Positions 48,378-58,142 are shown, counted from the stretch's first letter. The stretch: DNA of 64,000 nucleotides from Microthrixaceae bacterium (GCA_037045265.1 JBAOHV010000004.1:186328-250327); one strand, 5' to 3'. Made by a program: numbers and translations. The notes: generated by a model not told the origin, from the letters alone.

Positions 48378-48527
48378 TCAATCAGCCTTGTGGGAGTGAT
48401 CTCGGCTCTGTCCGGCGCCGTTGCTGTAGTAGTCCTGCCTGCGGATCCAAGTTCCGCAGCGCGGGCACTTGCTCGCGGCGCCAGCGCAAAGACCCCGACA
48501 GTGGCTGCACCCCGTTGTGCTGCTCAT
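48378..48527 (-). CDS. 49-aa zinc-ribbon-like small protein (below the ORF-track length cut-off)
   Basis: Own translation: MSSTTGCSHCRGLCAGAASKCPRCGTWIRRQDYYSNGAGQSRDHSHKAD*. Two CxxC pairs. A GGAGG RBS sits 8 nt upstream of the ATG. Confidence 0.45.
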   Translation of the reverse strand: MSSTTGCSHCRGLCAGAASKCPRCGTWIRRQDYYSNGAGQSRDHSHKAD

Positions 48528-48652
48528 GGCCGTACCTCCGTTGTGGAACCTCCCGGCGACGGTGCCGGGACTGCTCCCCCTCCAGTGAACCGGTTCCGGA
48601 CCCCGGACACAACGCGACCCACGAGAAGCACCGCGACGGTACGGTCGACACC

Positions 48653-48907
48653 ATGTGCCGCAACATCACTCCCCTGCGAGGACTCGCCCCTCCCGCCACA
48701 CGACAGGAGATCGAGGCTGCCGCCTTGCAGTACGTCCGCAAGGTGGGTGCGCTCTCGACGATCAGCGCCGCGAACGCTGCCGCCGTGGACGCCGCTGTTC
48801 AGGAGATCTCGGATGTGACCGAACGCCTGCTGGGCGACCTTCCCCAACGACGCCAACCGCCGAAGGTAGACCCTCCGCTGCGCCGACTGGCCCGAGCCGA
48901 GACCTGA
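48653..48907 (+). CDS. DUF2277-domain protein
   Basis: MCRNITPLRGLAPPATRQEIEAAALQYVRKVGALS..., the characteristic MCRNI...P.T..EI..AA.Q.VRKV start of DUF2277. Confidence 0.7.
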   Translation: MCRNITPLRGLAPPATRQEIEAAALQYVRKVGALSTISAANAAAVDAAVQEISDVTERLLGDLPQRRQPPKVDPPLRRLARAET

Positions 48908-48923
48908 AGCTCCGGGGCTCCGG

Positions 48924-49706
48924 TCAGGCTTCGGTCAAGCCGCGGCGACGAGCGACGAGCAACAACACGGTGCCGGCCAACAGCGACGCCGCGCCCAGGA
49001 GCAGGCCGGTCGTCGAGTTGGACCCGGTCAGCGCGAGCTTCGCCGGCGCGTCGGCTGCCACCACGTCGGCGTTGTCGACCGGGACTGTCGTCTCGGCGGC
49101 GACCTGTACGGGCGCGGTCGAGCTGGGCACCGGGAGCGTCGTCGAGGCGAGGACCTCAGGGACCGTGCTCGACGTCGGAGCAGCGGTGGTCGAGGTCGTC
49201 GCCGGGTTGCATCCGGGGTTGCCGAAGTGCTGGTAGGACGTGTCGACGTCGAACGGGAACAGCAGTGGTCCGTGCCAAGGCCCTGTCGGCGCTATCTGCT
49301 GTGGAGTCTCTCCGCTCAGCACGTCGAACTGGACGGGGTCACATCCCTTCTCGAAGGCGATCTCGGTGACACCGGCGCCGTCGATGGTGAAGGGAACGAC
49401 TTCCACGAGCGTCTGGGGCCACTGCTCGCCGTTGCCCGGCATGGCATAGACGACAGCCTTGGCCTCGATCGGCGTGCACGGTGCCGCCGCTGCACGGACG
49501 ATCAGGGTGAAGGCATCAGCATCGTTGCGCAGCGCGCGGGTCAGCCCCAGCGAACCTGGGCTGCAGGGGAGGTCCGACTCCGCAGGTGTCTGCTCGATCG
49601 TGATCGCACTGAGGGTCTGGGCGCCGGCGACCGTCGCAAGGGTCATGGGGACCGCCACGGCGGCGAGGAGCGCTGCGGCCAAGCGCCGCCTGTGAATTGC
49701 AATCAT
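48924..49706 (-). CDS. secreted cell-wall-anchored protein with LAxTG sorting signal
   Basis: GGGAGGG RBS. Signal peptide MIAIHRRRLAAALLAAVAVPMTLATVAGA. Thr/Pro/Ser-rich stalk. C-terminal LALTG + hydrophobic segment + RRRG (class E sortase type). Confidence 0.75.
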   Translation of the reverse strand: MIAIHRRRLAAALLAAVAVPMTLATVAGAQTLSAITIEQTPAESDLPCSPGSLGLTRALRNDADAFTLIVRAAAAPCTPIEAKAVVYAMPGNGEQWPQTLVEVVPFTIDGAGVTEIAFEKGCDPVQFDVLSGETPQQIAPTGPWHGPLLFPFDVDTSYQHFGNPGCNPATTSTTAAPTSSTVPEVLASTTLPVPSSTAPVQVAAETTVPVDNADVVAADAPAKLALTGSNSTTGLLLGAASLLAGTVLLLVARRRGLTEA

Positions 49707-49911
49707 CGGTGTTCCCTCCCGGAAGCCAGCGTCGCGACGCGCAGCCAGCGTCGAACGGTGCGACATGGTAGTACCCGCTTCGCACAACATTCGAAGCTGT
49801 GACCCCTTTCGGCCACATGGCACATCGGCACGGGGCTGAGGTTGGGAGGCCCTCACGCGGCGATACGCTGGGCTCGGAAGCGGATCCGACCCCCTGATGA
49901 GGTGACACTGC

Positions 49912-51540
49912 ATGGAGCTCCCATTCCTGCTGAGCGCGATGCGCCGCTACATCTGGGTGGTCGTACTGGGTGCCTTGCTGGGAGCGCTCCCCGGGATCGC
50001 GTTGGCGATGACCGCGAGCGAGTACTACGAGTCCCGGGCCGTGTTGCTGATCGCTCCACCCACCGACGCTCGCTCGTTGGCCCCCGTAGCAGCCGATCCA
50101 GATCGGTATCTCGCTGGTGAGCTGAGCGTGCTCGAGTCGTACTCCGACCAGGTCGCCGAGCAGCTCGATGACGTATCAGCCGGGGAAGTGGGAGCGTCGG
50201 TCAGCTTCGAGCAGCAGCCCGACACCGACGTCGTCGTCGTGGTGGCTCGGGCCGACAGCGCCAGGGAGGCGCAGCAGATCGCCCAGACGTACACCGACGT
50301 GTACTTCGAGGGACTCCGAGCCCAGCTGGCGAGTGTCCGCGCTCCCGAACTGGCCGAACTCGAGGCCCAGATGGCGGAGGTCCAGACACAGCTGACAGAC
50401 GTGGACGCACGGATCGAACAGGCTCTCGCCCCCTACAGGGACAGAACAGCCGTCCCCACGGTCGAACAGGTCGCACCCGCACTGGCATCCGAGAAGGAGC
50501 TCCTCGTCACCCGCTACAACGAGCTGAGCACCTCCCACAGCGAACTCGGCGCCGGCCTCCAGGCATCCAGTCGGGTGGTCCGTGACGCGACCCTGCCCAC
50601 CGAGGCGAGTGCTTCCTCGGGCAAGGCACTGGTTCTGATCGGTTCGATCGTCGGAGCGTTCTTGGGGACCGTAATCGCCGTTGCCCTCGCCCGCTTCTCA
50701 CGCAACGTGCTCGACACCGAGCAGGCCGAGGAGATCCTCGGTCAGCCCGTGGTCGGCGCCATGCCAGTTCGCCCCGAGATCGACGACGACCCGGCATCCA
50801 TGCTCGCTGCTCCGGACCAGCGGGCAGCGGGCTTCCTGTCGACGCTCGCCGTCCGTGTCGAGGCAGCAGCAGGAGCTGACGATGCTCTGAGCGTGCTGGT
50901 GGCCAGCACAGGCCCGGGTGCGGGCGCGTCCACGCTTGCCGCCTCGTTGGCACGACAGATCGCAGCATCAGGTCCTCGGGTGCTGCTCGTAGATGCCGAC
51001 CGACGACACCCCGAGATCGGCCTTCTCGCGACCCGGGGCTCACGCCGCCGTGACGGGCGCAACTTCGCCACACTCGCCCCCAACCTCCAGGTCTGCTCCC
51101 TGGGAGACCTGCTGCCGGGTACCAGTGAGCGCGACACGACCAGGATGTTCGATGCCACCGCCGTCATCTCCAAGGCGACCGCCGAGGCAGACGTCGTCAT
51201 CTTCGACGGTGGAGCGCTGATGGATTCAGCCTCGACCGTGCAGCTCAGCCGAGCCTGCAGCCTGACCGTGCTTGCGCTGGCAGAACACCTGCCGGTGAAG
51301 CAACTCGTCATCGCCGCCGAGGAGCTGTCCAACAGGCGGGTCCTGCCGGTGTGGATGCCCGAGCCGCCGTCACGTCGGCGTCGCTCGAGCAAGCCCCGAC
51401 CACCTGCACCCGTGGCCGTCAGGGAGACGCATTCATCGCCTCCCCCCGCCGCATGGTCGCCGCATGGCCGCGGCGACAGCGCGGGAGCCGCGCCCGAGGC
51501 CTCAGCTTCGCCCACCCAGGCCGGCTCGAAACGGTCCTGA
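49912..51540 (+). CDS. polysaccharide chain-length determinant (Wzz-like) fused to a degenerate BY-kinase-like P-loop domain
   Basis: N-terminal TM plus a coiled periplasmic-type region plus a second TM. C-terminal VLVASTGPGAGASTLA (Walker A without Lys), VLLVDADRRHPEIG (Walker A'), ADVVIFDGG (Walker B-like). No C-terminal Tyr cluster. Confidence 0.7.
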   Translation: MELPFLLSAMRRYIWVVVLGALLGALPGIALAMTASEYYESRAVLLIAPPTDARSLAPVAADPDRYLAGELSVLESYSDQVAEQLDDVSAGEVGASVSFEQQPDTDVVVVVARADSAREAQQIAQTYTDVYFEGLRAQLASVRAPELAELEAQMAEVQTQLTDVDARIEQALAPYRDRTAVPTVEQVAPALASEKELLVTRYNELSTSHSELGAGLQASSRVVRDATLPTEASASSGKALVLIGSIVGAFLGTVIAVALARFSRNVLDTEQAEEILGQPVVGAMPVRPEIDDDPASMLAAPDQRAAGFLSTLAVRVEAAAGADDALSVLVASTGPGAGASTLAASLARQIAASGPRVLLVDADRRHPEIGLLATRGSRRRDGRNFATLAPNLQVCSLGDLLPGTSERDTTRMFDATAVISKATAEADVVIFDGGALMDSASTVQLSRACSLTVLALAEHLPVKQLVIAAEELSNRRVLPVWMPEPPSRRRRSSKPRPPAPVAVRETHSSPPPAAWSPHGRGDSAGAAPEASASPTQAGSKRS

Positions 51541-51594
51541 CCACACGCGATCCTGACCACACGCGATCCTGACCACACGCGATCCTGACCACAC
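51536..51594. repeat. 3.7 x 16-nt perfect tandem repeat CCTGACCACACGCGAT spanning the Wzz-like stop codon
   Basis: The gene's TGA (51538-51540) is inside copy 1. The 16-nt period places TGAs in all three frames. Lies between convergent genes. Confidence 0.9.
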
Positions 51595-51602
51595 TGCAGA
51601 CT

Positions 51603-54600
51603 TCAGCTGGCTGTTGCCATCCCTGAACGCGTCGCATCGTTCGACTGCACCGAGCTTTCGGCATCGGTGATAGCACTGCGGATGTGACCGGCGAGCACAC
51701 GCACCGCCGGCTCGAGGACCATCGAGTCGTGGTCCCCGGGGACCTCGGTCACCTGGACCCGCCGACAGTAGGGACCCCAACCGTTGTCGAAGTAGACGAA
51801 GCGACGGTTGATGTCGATCTGGCGGTCAGGTCCGAACACATGAGCAGGCGTGAGACGCGGCCGGTACAAGGTCACGGTGCCCTCGTAGGGACGGACGTCG
51901 TATCGCTCCAGGGCACGGTAGAACGCCGCCTCGATCACCTCCGAGTGCAACGTCGTGTCAGGTCCGACAGCAGGCCCGGCTGCGCGGCGTCGACGCTCCT
52001 TCTCCCATGCGATGCGGTTCCGGGCCCACGACCTGACATACGAGGCACCCTCCTCGCGGATGTTGTCCAGCTGGATCTTGACCCTGTCCGAAACCCTCAG
52101 CGGTGGCTGGTCCGGCAGCGGGGTGTCGAGCAGGACCAGCAGTGACGTCTCCTCACCAGCCGCACGGAGTTGCTGTGCCATCTCGAAGGCGGCGATTCCA
52201 CCACCGGAGAACCCGCCCAGCAGGTATGGCCCGTGGGGCTGCACGCTACGAAGCTCCTCCAGGTACTCCTGGGCCATCTCAACGAAGTCCTCGTGCGGCG
52301 GATCGTCGCCGAACAGACCGCGTGCCTGGATGCCGTAGAAGGGCCTGTCGGCACCGATCTGGTGTGCCAGGTGGCGCAGGTTCAACACGTTGCCGAACAT
52401 GCCCGCAACCAGGAAGAACGGGGTCCGGTCGGATCCGTCACCAGGGTGCAGCGCCACGAGGTACCGGTACCGGGGCTTTGCCGCGACAATGGACGACTCG
52501 CTCGTGAGATCTCCGTCATCGCTCGGGAGGGCTTCCGAGATCAGCTCGGCGCACGCCTCGACCGTCGGGGCTTCGACGAGGACCGAGATCGGGAAGTCGA
52601 CCGAGAAGGTCCGCTTGATCTGGGCGAAGAGGCGCACCGCTATCAGGCTGTGCCCTCCCAGGTCGAAGAAGTTGTCGCGGACACCGACCTGGTCGATGCC
52701 GAGGAGCTCCTGCCACATCACGACGAGCTGCTCCTCCACGTCGTTGCGAGCTGCGACGAACTCGGAGTCGAGCTTCGGTCGACTGAACACCGCGCTCGCT
52801 TCGCCGCCGGCGCTCGAGCCGATCTGCTCAGCCGCGATGAGGTCGCCCTGGTGTGACAGCGCCGGGAGGTCGAGCGAGGTCACGTAGACCACCGGGTCCA
52901 CATCGGGGCCGATGGTCCGGAGGAACTCCCGTCCCCCCTCGATCGGGCGGATGCCCTGGCGGAGGTTGCTCTCGAGAGCCAGCTCGGGAAGGGTCCGTTG
53001 CCGGGCGCCGGCCGATCCGTCGAAGTCGACCTCGGCCGCGAGCGCAGGACGCCCTCCGACCTCGAGACGTCCTTCCAGCCGCTTGACGGCGAACCCTTCG
53101 ACCTCGACGAGCACGCGCCCGTCACGGTCGCAGAGCAATACGTCGAACGACGCGACGCCGCTCTTCTCGGACGTTCCCGACAGCACCTCGGCGACCGCCG
53201 TCAGCTCGGACGGCAACCGATCGTGGATGCGGACCCGGCGATACTCGACCGGCACCCACAGCCGGTCACCCGTGTAGCCGGGGATGAGGTCCATGGCGAA
53301 CCCGGTGCCCAGGTCGACGAGCGCCGGATGCAGCCCCATCGACAGGTCCTCTGTGTCGTACGGGGCCTTCAACTTCAGCTCTGCCACAGCGGTTCTGTCG
53401 CCGTAGCGGACCTCGGTCACCACGTCCCAGCGAGGACCGAACCTGAGGTGGTCCTGCTGGCGGGTCCGCGTGGCGCCACGACGATCGCATCCGGCGAGGA
53501 CCCTGGCCAGCTCGACCGAGTCCGCCGGATCCAGTGGGTGCAGCAGCAGGTCCGCCTCGCCGGTGAGGCGCCAACCGACCCTGACCGAGGTCACCTCGCC
53601 CTCGCCGCCGTAGCTGGTGACCGATACGCGCTCACGGATCTCGAAGCTGTAGCCGGACTCCGTGGGCCGGAGGACCACTTCGGCGCTCACGTTCCCGTCG
53701 GCATCTACCGCCAGGGGACGCAGGAAGGTCAGATCGCGCATCTCGAACGGGCGCTCCAGTCCGAGCTCGGCGAGCGACGCTCGGGCCAGCTCCAGGTATG
53801 TCGCTCCCGCGACCACCGCGTCACCGTCGCCTGTGCGGTGCTCGTCGAGCGGCCAGGAATCGCGCTCGTTCCAGTCGATCGAGAGCCTGACCACCCCGTC
53901 TTGCGCCCTGCGCAACTCACCGAAGAAGGGATGAACCGCTTGACGCAGCTCGACGTCCTCGATGTCGCCTGACGAGTCAACCGCAGCGGCAGCTGCCGCC
54001 ATGCCGACCTCGTCCCAGACCCCCCAGTTGACGGCGCGGACGTGGCGATCGCCACGGGCACGGCGTGACTCGGCGAACGCGTTGAGGAAGGAGTTCGCAG
54101 CGACGTAGTCGACCTGTCCGATCGGAGCCGTGACGGTGCTGGTCGAGGAGAACACGACGAACAGATCGAGGTGATCGGATGCGGTCGCGGTCTCCAGTAC
54201 GAGGGTCCCGTACACCTTGGGGGCGAGGACGTCCTCCATCTGCATGGGCGACTTGGTGACCAGCAGGGCGTCGTCGATCACCCCCGCCGCGTGCACCACT
54301 CCGTTCAGGGTTCCGAACTCGCTGCGGACCCTGGCGACCGCGGAGTTGAGAGACTCCGGATCTGTCACGTCACCCTCGACCACGATGACCTCGGCGCCCT
54401 CCTCCTCGAGGCTGCGCACCCCGCGGATCCGCACTGCCGTCGGGTGATCGTTACCGAGACGACCGAGAACCTCGTCCCAGGTATCCCTCGGCGGCAGGCC
54501 ACGCCGTGCCAGCAGGGCCACGCGGGCGCCACGCTCGCGGTACAACGCTTCGGCCACGCTCAGACCGATGCCGCCCAGGCCTCCGGTGATCAGCACGACG

Positions 54601-57600
54601 CCGTGTCGGCGCAACACCGCACGATCGGGCTCCGGCAGACGGGTCCTGCGCACGTCGCGCACGTAGCGTCTGTCGCCACGGAGCGCCACCACCGAATCCT
54701 CGAGAGGTGCTCGCACTTCGGCGACCACCTCGTCGATCAGGGAGAACTCGGTGATCGCCGCCTCGGATGTCGCCGAGCGAATACGCCCCATGATCGACCC
54801 GGCCTGTCGCCGACCAACACCGACGGCATCAGCCACCTGCGCCGGGTCGAGGTCGAAGGTCGAGACGCTGACGTCGGCGAACTCCCGGGGGATCACCTGC
54901 ACGGGCCCGAGGACCGTCGCCTGCTCGGGGAACGGCACGGCGTCGGAACCGGGAACCGATTGGGAGCCCATGGTCGCCACCGAGATGGCGAGGCTCCGCT
55001 GCACGCCGGCCGAGGCCCAGGCCTGCGCCAGATAGACGAGGCTCTGGAAGCCGAGCTCCTGGTTCCGATGGAAGAAGCTGCTTCCGGGCCGGAAGTCGCG
55101 GTCGTCGGTGGCCAGCAACGAGAGGTGCGCCACCCGGTCGGGCAGCCGGTCCGTTCGCACCAGGTCCTTCACCAGGCTCTCGTAACCCGCCAGTCCGAGC
55201 TCGGGACTCAACACGTACTCGTCGTCAGACACCGCTCTGAAGAGGTCGCCCATCCGAACCACGACGACGGAGTCGCCGGTTGCACGAAGCTCGGCGACGA
55301 CCTCGTCGGCGAAGCCGGCTGCATCGGCGAGGACCAACCAACGGTTGGGGCCGTCGACGGCATCCTCACGGTCCTTGCTCTTCCAGACCGGCTTCCAGGA
55401 CCACCGATCCACGTCGCTCTCGCGGCTGACGAACGCCAGATCGTCGGATTCGGTGACCCCGGCACCTGGAGCGATGAAGAACGTCTGGGTCTGGAACGGG
55501 TACGTCGGAAGGCCCACGGTCCGGCGTCCATCGGCGGGGAACCATCGGTCGGCCTCGATGGTCGAGCCCGCCGCCCAGATCCGACCCACCGCTGTCAGAA
55601 GGGCCGCGTTGTCGTCTGTCTCCTCCTCGGGGTGACGCATCGCCGGCACGGCAACCTGGTTCGACCTGACCGCCGTGGGGTGGGCCCTCACCAGCGACGA
55701 CAGGGTCTTTCCGGGACCGACCTCGAGAAGAACCCGCGGGCCGGCGGCGGCGAGAGTCGCCACGTCGTCGGCGAAGCGGACAGTCGAGCGCAGGTGCCGG
55801 ACCCAGTACTCGGGATCCGTCGCCTGCTCCGTCGTGATCCAGGTGCCGGTGGTGTTCGACACCCAGGGGATCGTCGGCGGATGCAACTCGATACCGCGCA
55901 GGTAGTCGCCGAACTGCTCCAGGACCGGGTCCAGCAGGCGGCTGTGGACAGGAGTCGTGACCTGCACCGGCAACGGCTCGATGCCGCTCTCGCGGATCTC
56001 CTGTTCGAACAGGTCCAGGCTCGCCTGCGGACCGGAGACGACCACCACGTCGGGCGCGTTGACCACCGCCAGGTCCAGCGCCAGACGTTCGACCGCCTCG
56101 GCCACGTCGTCTGGTGTGAGCGGCACCGCCACCGCTGCTCCTTCGACGGTGTCCATCAGACGGCCACGGAGAACGACCAGACCTAGGCAGTCCTCGAAGG
56201 AGATGGTGCCTGCCACACAGGCCGCCGTGTTCTCGCCCAGGCTGTGCCCGACGAGCGCCGAAGGTTCGAGTCCCCAGCTCATCAGCAGGTGCGCGAGCGC
56301 ATGCTCGATGATGAAGATCAGCGGCAGCTGATGCGTCATGGACGCGAGTCGGGTGTCGAGCTCCGGGCTCCTGTCCTCACCCAGCAGGAGATCGGCGAGG
56401 TCCAGCTGGTGCCTGTCCCTGAGGAGGCCCAGACCGCGGTCGACCTGAGCTGCGAACGCCGGTTCGCAGCGGTGGAGATCGGCCCCCATGCCCAGATGCT
56501 GGGATCCGCCACCGGGGAACATGAACGTGAGTCCGAGTTCAGCGGTGGTGGCGGTGTGGGTCGGGAGACGACGTACGTCCGCGGAGCGCAGCAGCACGAT
56601 CGCGTCGGCGACGTCGCGCACGGCGAGGACTCTGCGCTCGTCGAAGTGGTGTCGTCCCACGAACAGCGTGCGTGCGACGTCCTCGATCGGCAGGTCGAGG
56701 TTGTCCGCCAGGTGATCGGCCAGTCGGACGCCGGCTTCGTCGAGTGCTCCCCGGCTACGCGCCGACAGTGTCAGCAGGTGCCACCGCTCAGATTCCGCTG
56801 TCCCTGGTTCGCCCGAGGGGTCGCGACGTTCTGGCTCTGCGGGGGCCTCCTCGAGGACTGCGAAGGCGTTGGTGCCACCGACACCGAGCGAGTTGACCCC
56901 GGCCCGGCGCGGTCCGTTGGAGCCGCTGGTCCATGGCGTGAGGTGGTCGTTCACCACGAAGGGGGTGTCGTCCAGCTCGAGGTTCGGGTTGGGTCGCTCG
57001 AAGTTCAGGCTCGCGGGCAGCGCACCGTGATGCAGCGACAACGCGACCTTGATCAGACCGGCGGCACCGGCGGCAGTGTCGAGGTGCCCGATGTTGGTCT
57101 TCACACTGCCGATCCGACACGAGCCGGTCACGGTGGGTCCCAGGTCGAACGCTTGGGCGAGCGCTGCGACCTCGATGGGGTCCCCCATCGGGGTGCCGGT
57201 GCCGTGGCACTCGACGTACTGGATCGAGTCCGCGTCCACATCGGACACGGCGATCGCCTCGGAGACGCATGCCGCCTGGCCGTCGACCGACGGCGCCAGG
57301 TACCCGACCTTCTGGTCGCCGTCGTTGTTGACAGCGGTTCCTTTGATCACCGCGTAGATGCGGTCACCGTCATCGAGGGCGTCGTCGAGTCTCCGGAGTG
57401 CGACCACTCCGGCGCCCGAACCGAAGACCGTTCCCTGGGAACGGTGGTCGAACGCTCGGCAGTGCCCATCCGGCGAGAGCACCTCGCCCTCGTGGTACAC
57501 GTAGCCCTGCCCGTGGGGGATCTCGATCGTCGATCCCCCGGCGAGGGCGAGGTCGCACTCACCGCTGAGCAGGTGCTGCACCGCCAGGTGGGTGGCGACC

Positions 57601-58142
57601 AGCGAGGTCGAGCACGCCGTCTGCACGTTCACGGACGGCCCACGGAGGTTCAACGAGTAGCTGGCCCTGGTTGCGAGGAAGTCCTTGTCGTTGCCCGTGT
57701 GGCGCAGGAGGAACACACCGACGTCGCGGACGAGGTCAGGGTTCGAGAGCAGGTTCCTCATGAAGTAGGACCCCATGCCGCAGCCGGCGAACACTCCGAT
57801 CGCTCCGTCGAACGACGACGGAACGTGGCCGGCGTCCTCCATGGCCTCCCAGGCGGCCATGAGGAAGTGCCGGTGCTGGGGATCCATGATCCCCGCTTCC
57901 TTGGGCGACAGCCCGAAGAAGTCGGCGTCGAAGTCGAACACGCCATCGAGTGGAGCTGCTGAACGGACGTAGTTCGGCGAGCGGAGCTCTGCCTCGCCGA
58001 CGCCTGCTTCCACGAGCTCCTGCTCGCTGAGCTCGCGGATGCTCTCGACGCCGTCGACCAGGTTGCGCCAGTAGGCAGTCGGGTTCGCTGCACCTGGTAG
58101 GTGCGCTGCGAGTCCGACGATCGCTATGTCGTTGTCAGCCAT
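51603..58142 (-). CDS. type I polyketide synthase, KS-AT-KR-DH-ACP-TE (PfaA/HglE-like KS)
   Basis: Intact 2179 aa. KS: DKDFLATRASY, VQTACSTSLVA, ECHGTGT, NIGHL. AT: GHSLGE. KR: VVLITGGLGGIG, HAAGVIDDA, VDYVAANSF. DH: HPFFGEL...LDEHRTGDGDAVVAGATYLE. Carrier: FFDLGGHSLIAVRL. TE: LLGGFSGGG. Confidence 0.9.
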   Translation of the reverse strand: MADNDIAIVGLAAHLPGAANPTAYWRNLVDGVESIRELSEQELVEAGVGEAELRSPNYVRSAAPLDGVFDFDADFFGLSPKEAGIMDPQHRHFLMAAWEAMEDAGHVPSSFDGAIGVFAGCGMGSYFMRNLLSNPDLVRDVGVFLLRHTGNDKDFLATRASYSLNLRGPSVNVQTACSTSLVATHLAVQHLLSGECDLALAGGSTIEIPHGQGYVYHEGEVLSPDGHCRAFDHRSQGTVFGSGAGVVALRRLDDALDDGDRIYAVIKGTAVNNDGDQKVGYLAPSVDGQAACVSEAIAVSDVDADSIQYVECHGTGTPMGDPIEVAALAQAFDLGPTVTGSCRIGSVKTNIGHLDTAAGAAGLIKVALSLHHGALPASLNFERPNPNLELDDTPFVVNDHLTPWTSGSNGPRRAGVNSLGVGGTNAFAVLEEAPAEPERRDPSGEPGTAESERWHLLTLSARSRGALDEAGVRLADHLADNLDLPIEDVARTLFVGRHHFDERRVLAVRDVADAIVLLRSADVRRLPTHTATTAELGLTFMFPGGGSQHLGMGADLHRCEPAFAAQVDRGLGLLRDRHQLDLADLLLGEDRSPELDTRLASMTHQLPLIFIIEHALAHLLMSWGLEPSALVGHSLGENTAACVAGTISFEDCLGLVVLRGRLMDTVEGAAVAVPLTPDDVAEAVERLALDLAVVNAPDVVVVSGPQASLDLFEQEIRESGIEPLPVQVTTPVHSRLLDPVLEQFGDYLRGIELHPPTIPWVSNTTGTWITTEQATDPEYWVRHLRSTVRFADDVATLAAAGPRVLLEVGPGKTLSSLVRAHPTAVRSNQVAVPAMRHPEEETDDNAALLTAVGRIWAAGSTIEADRWFPADGRRTVGLPTYPFQTQTFFIAPGAGVTESDDLAFVSRESDVDRWSWKPVWKSKDREDAVDGPNRWLVLADAAGFADEVVAELRATGDSVVVVRMGDLFRAVSDDEYVLSPELGLAGYESLVKDLVRTDRLPDRVAHLSLLATDDRDFRPGSSFFHRNQELGFQSLVYLAQAWASAGVQRSLAISVATMGSQSVPGSDAVPFPEQATVLGPVQVIPREFADVSVSTFDLDPAQVADAVGVGRRQAGSIMGRIRSATSEAAITEFSLIDEVVAEVRAPLEDSVVALRGDRRYVRDVRRTRLPEPDRAVLRRHGVVLITGGLGGIGLSVAEALYRERGARVALLARRGLPPRDTWDEVLGRLGNDHPTAVRIRGVRSLEEEGAEVIVVEGDVTDPESLNSAVARVRSEFGTLNGVVHAAGVIDDALLVTKSPMQMEDVLAPKVYGTLVLETATASDHLDLFVVFSSTSTVTAPIGQVDYVAANSFLNAFAESRRARGDRHVRAVNWGVWDEVGMAAAAAAVDSSGDIEDVELRQAVHPFFGELRRAQDGVVRLSIDWNERDSWPLDEHRTGDGDAVVAGATYLELARASLAELGLERPFEMRDLTFLRPLAVDADGNVSAEVVLRPTESGYSFEIRERVSVTSYGGEGEVTSVRVGWRLTGEADLLLHPLDPADSVELARVLAGCDRRGATRTRQQDHLRFGPRWDVVTEVRYGDRTAVAELKLKAPYDTEDLSMGLHPALVDLGTGFAMDLIPGYTGDRLWVPVEYRRVRIHDRLPSELTAVAEVLSGTSEKSGVASFDVLLCDRDGRVLVEVEGFAVKRLEGRLEVGGRPALAAEVDFDGSAGARQRTLPELALESNLRQGIRPIEGGREFLRTIGPDVDPVVYVTSLDLPALSHQGDLIAAEQIGSSAGGEASAVFSRPKLDSEFVAARNDVEEQLVVMWQELLGIDQVGVRDNFFDLGGHSLIAVRLFAQIKRTFSVDFPISVLVEAPTVEACAELISEALPSDDGDLTSESSIVAAKPRYRYLVALHPGDGSDRTPFFLVAGMFGNVLNLRHLAHQIGADRPFYGIQARGLFGDDPPHEDFVEMAQEYLEELRSVQPHGPYLLGGFSGGGIAAFEMAQQLRAAGEETSLLVLLDTPLPDQPPLRVSDRVKIQLDNIREEGASYVRSWARNRIAWEKERRRRAAGPAVGPDTTLHSEVIEAAFYRALERYDVRPYEGTVTLYRPRLTPAHVFGPDRQIDINRRFVYFDNGWGPYCRRVQVTEVPGDHDSMVLEPAVRVLAGHIRSAITDAESSVQSNDATRSGMATAS

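Noticed and set aside
51536-51594. Possible CRISPR array because of the identical 16-nt repeats
   Set aside because: The copies are contiguous with no spacers, the unit is too short, and no cas genes are in the window. It is a simple tandem repeat.
54171-57962. Long + strand ORFs (671 aa and 572 aa) opposite the PKS, and similar ones at 59637-60932 and 61740-63140 opposite the NRPS
   Set aside because: These are Arg/Gly/Pro-rich shadow ORFs typical of high-GC DNA, with no recognisable motifs. The minus-strand frames carry complete PKS/NRPS domain sets.
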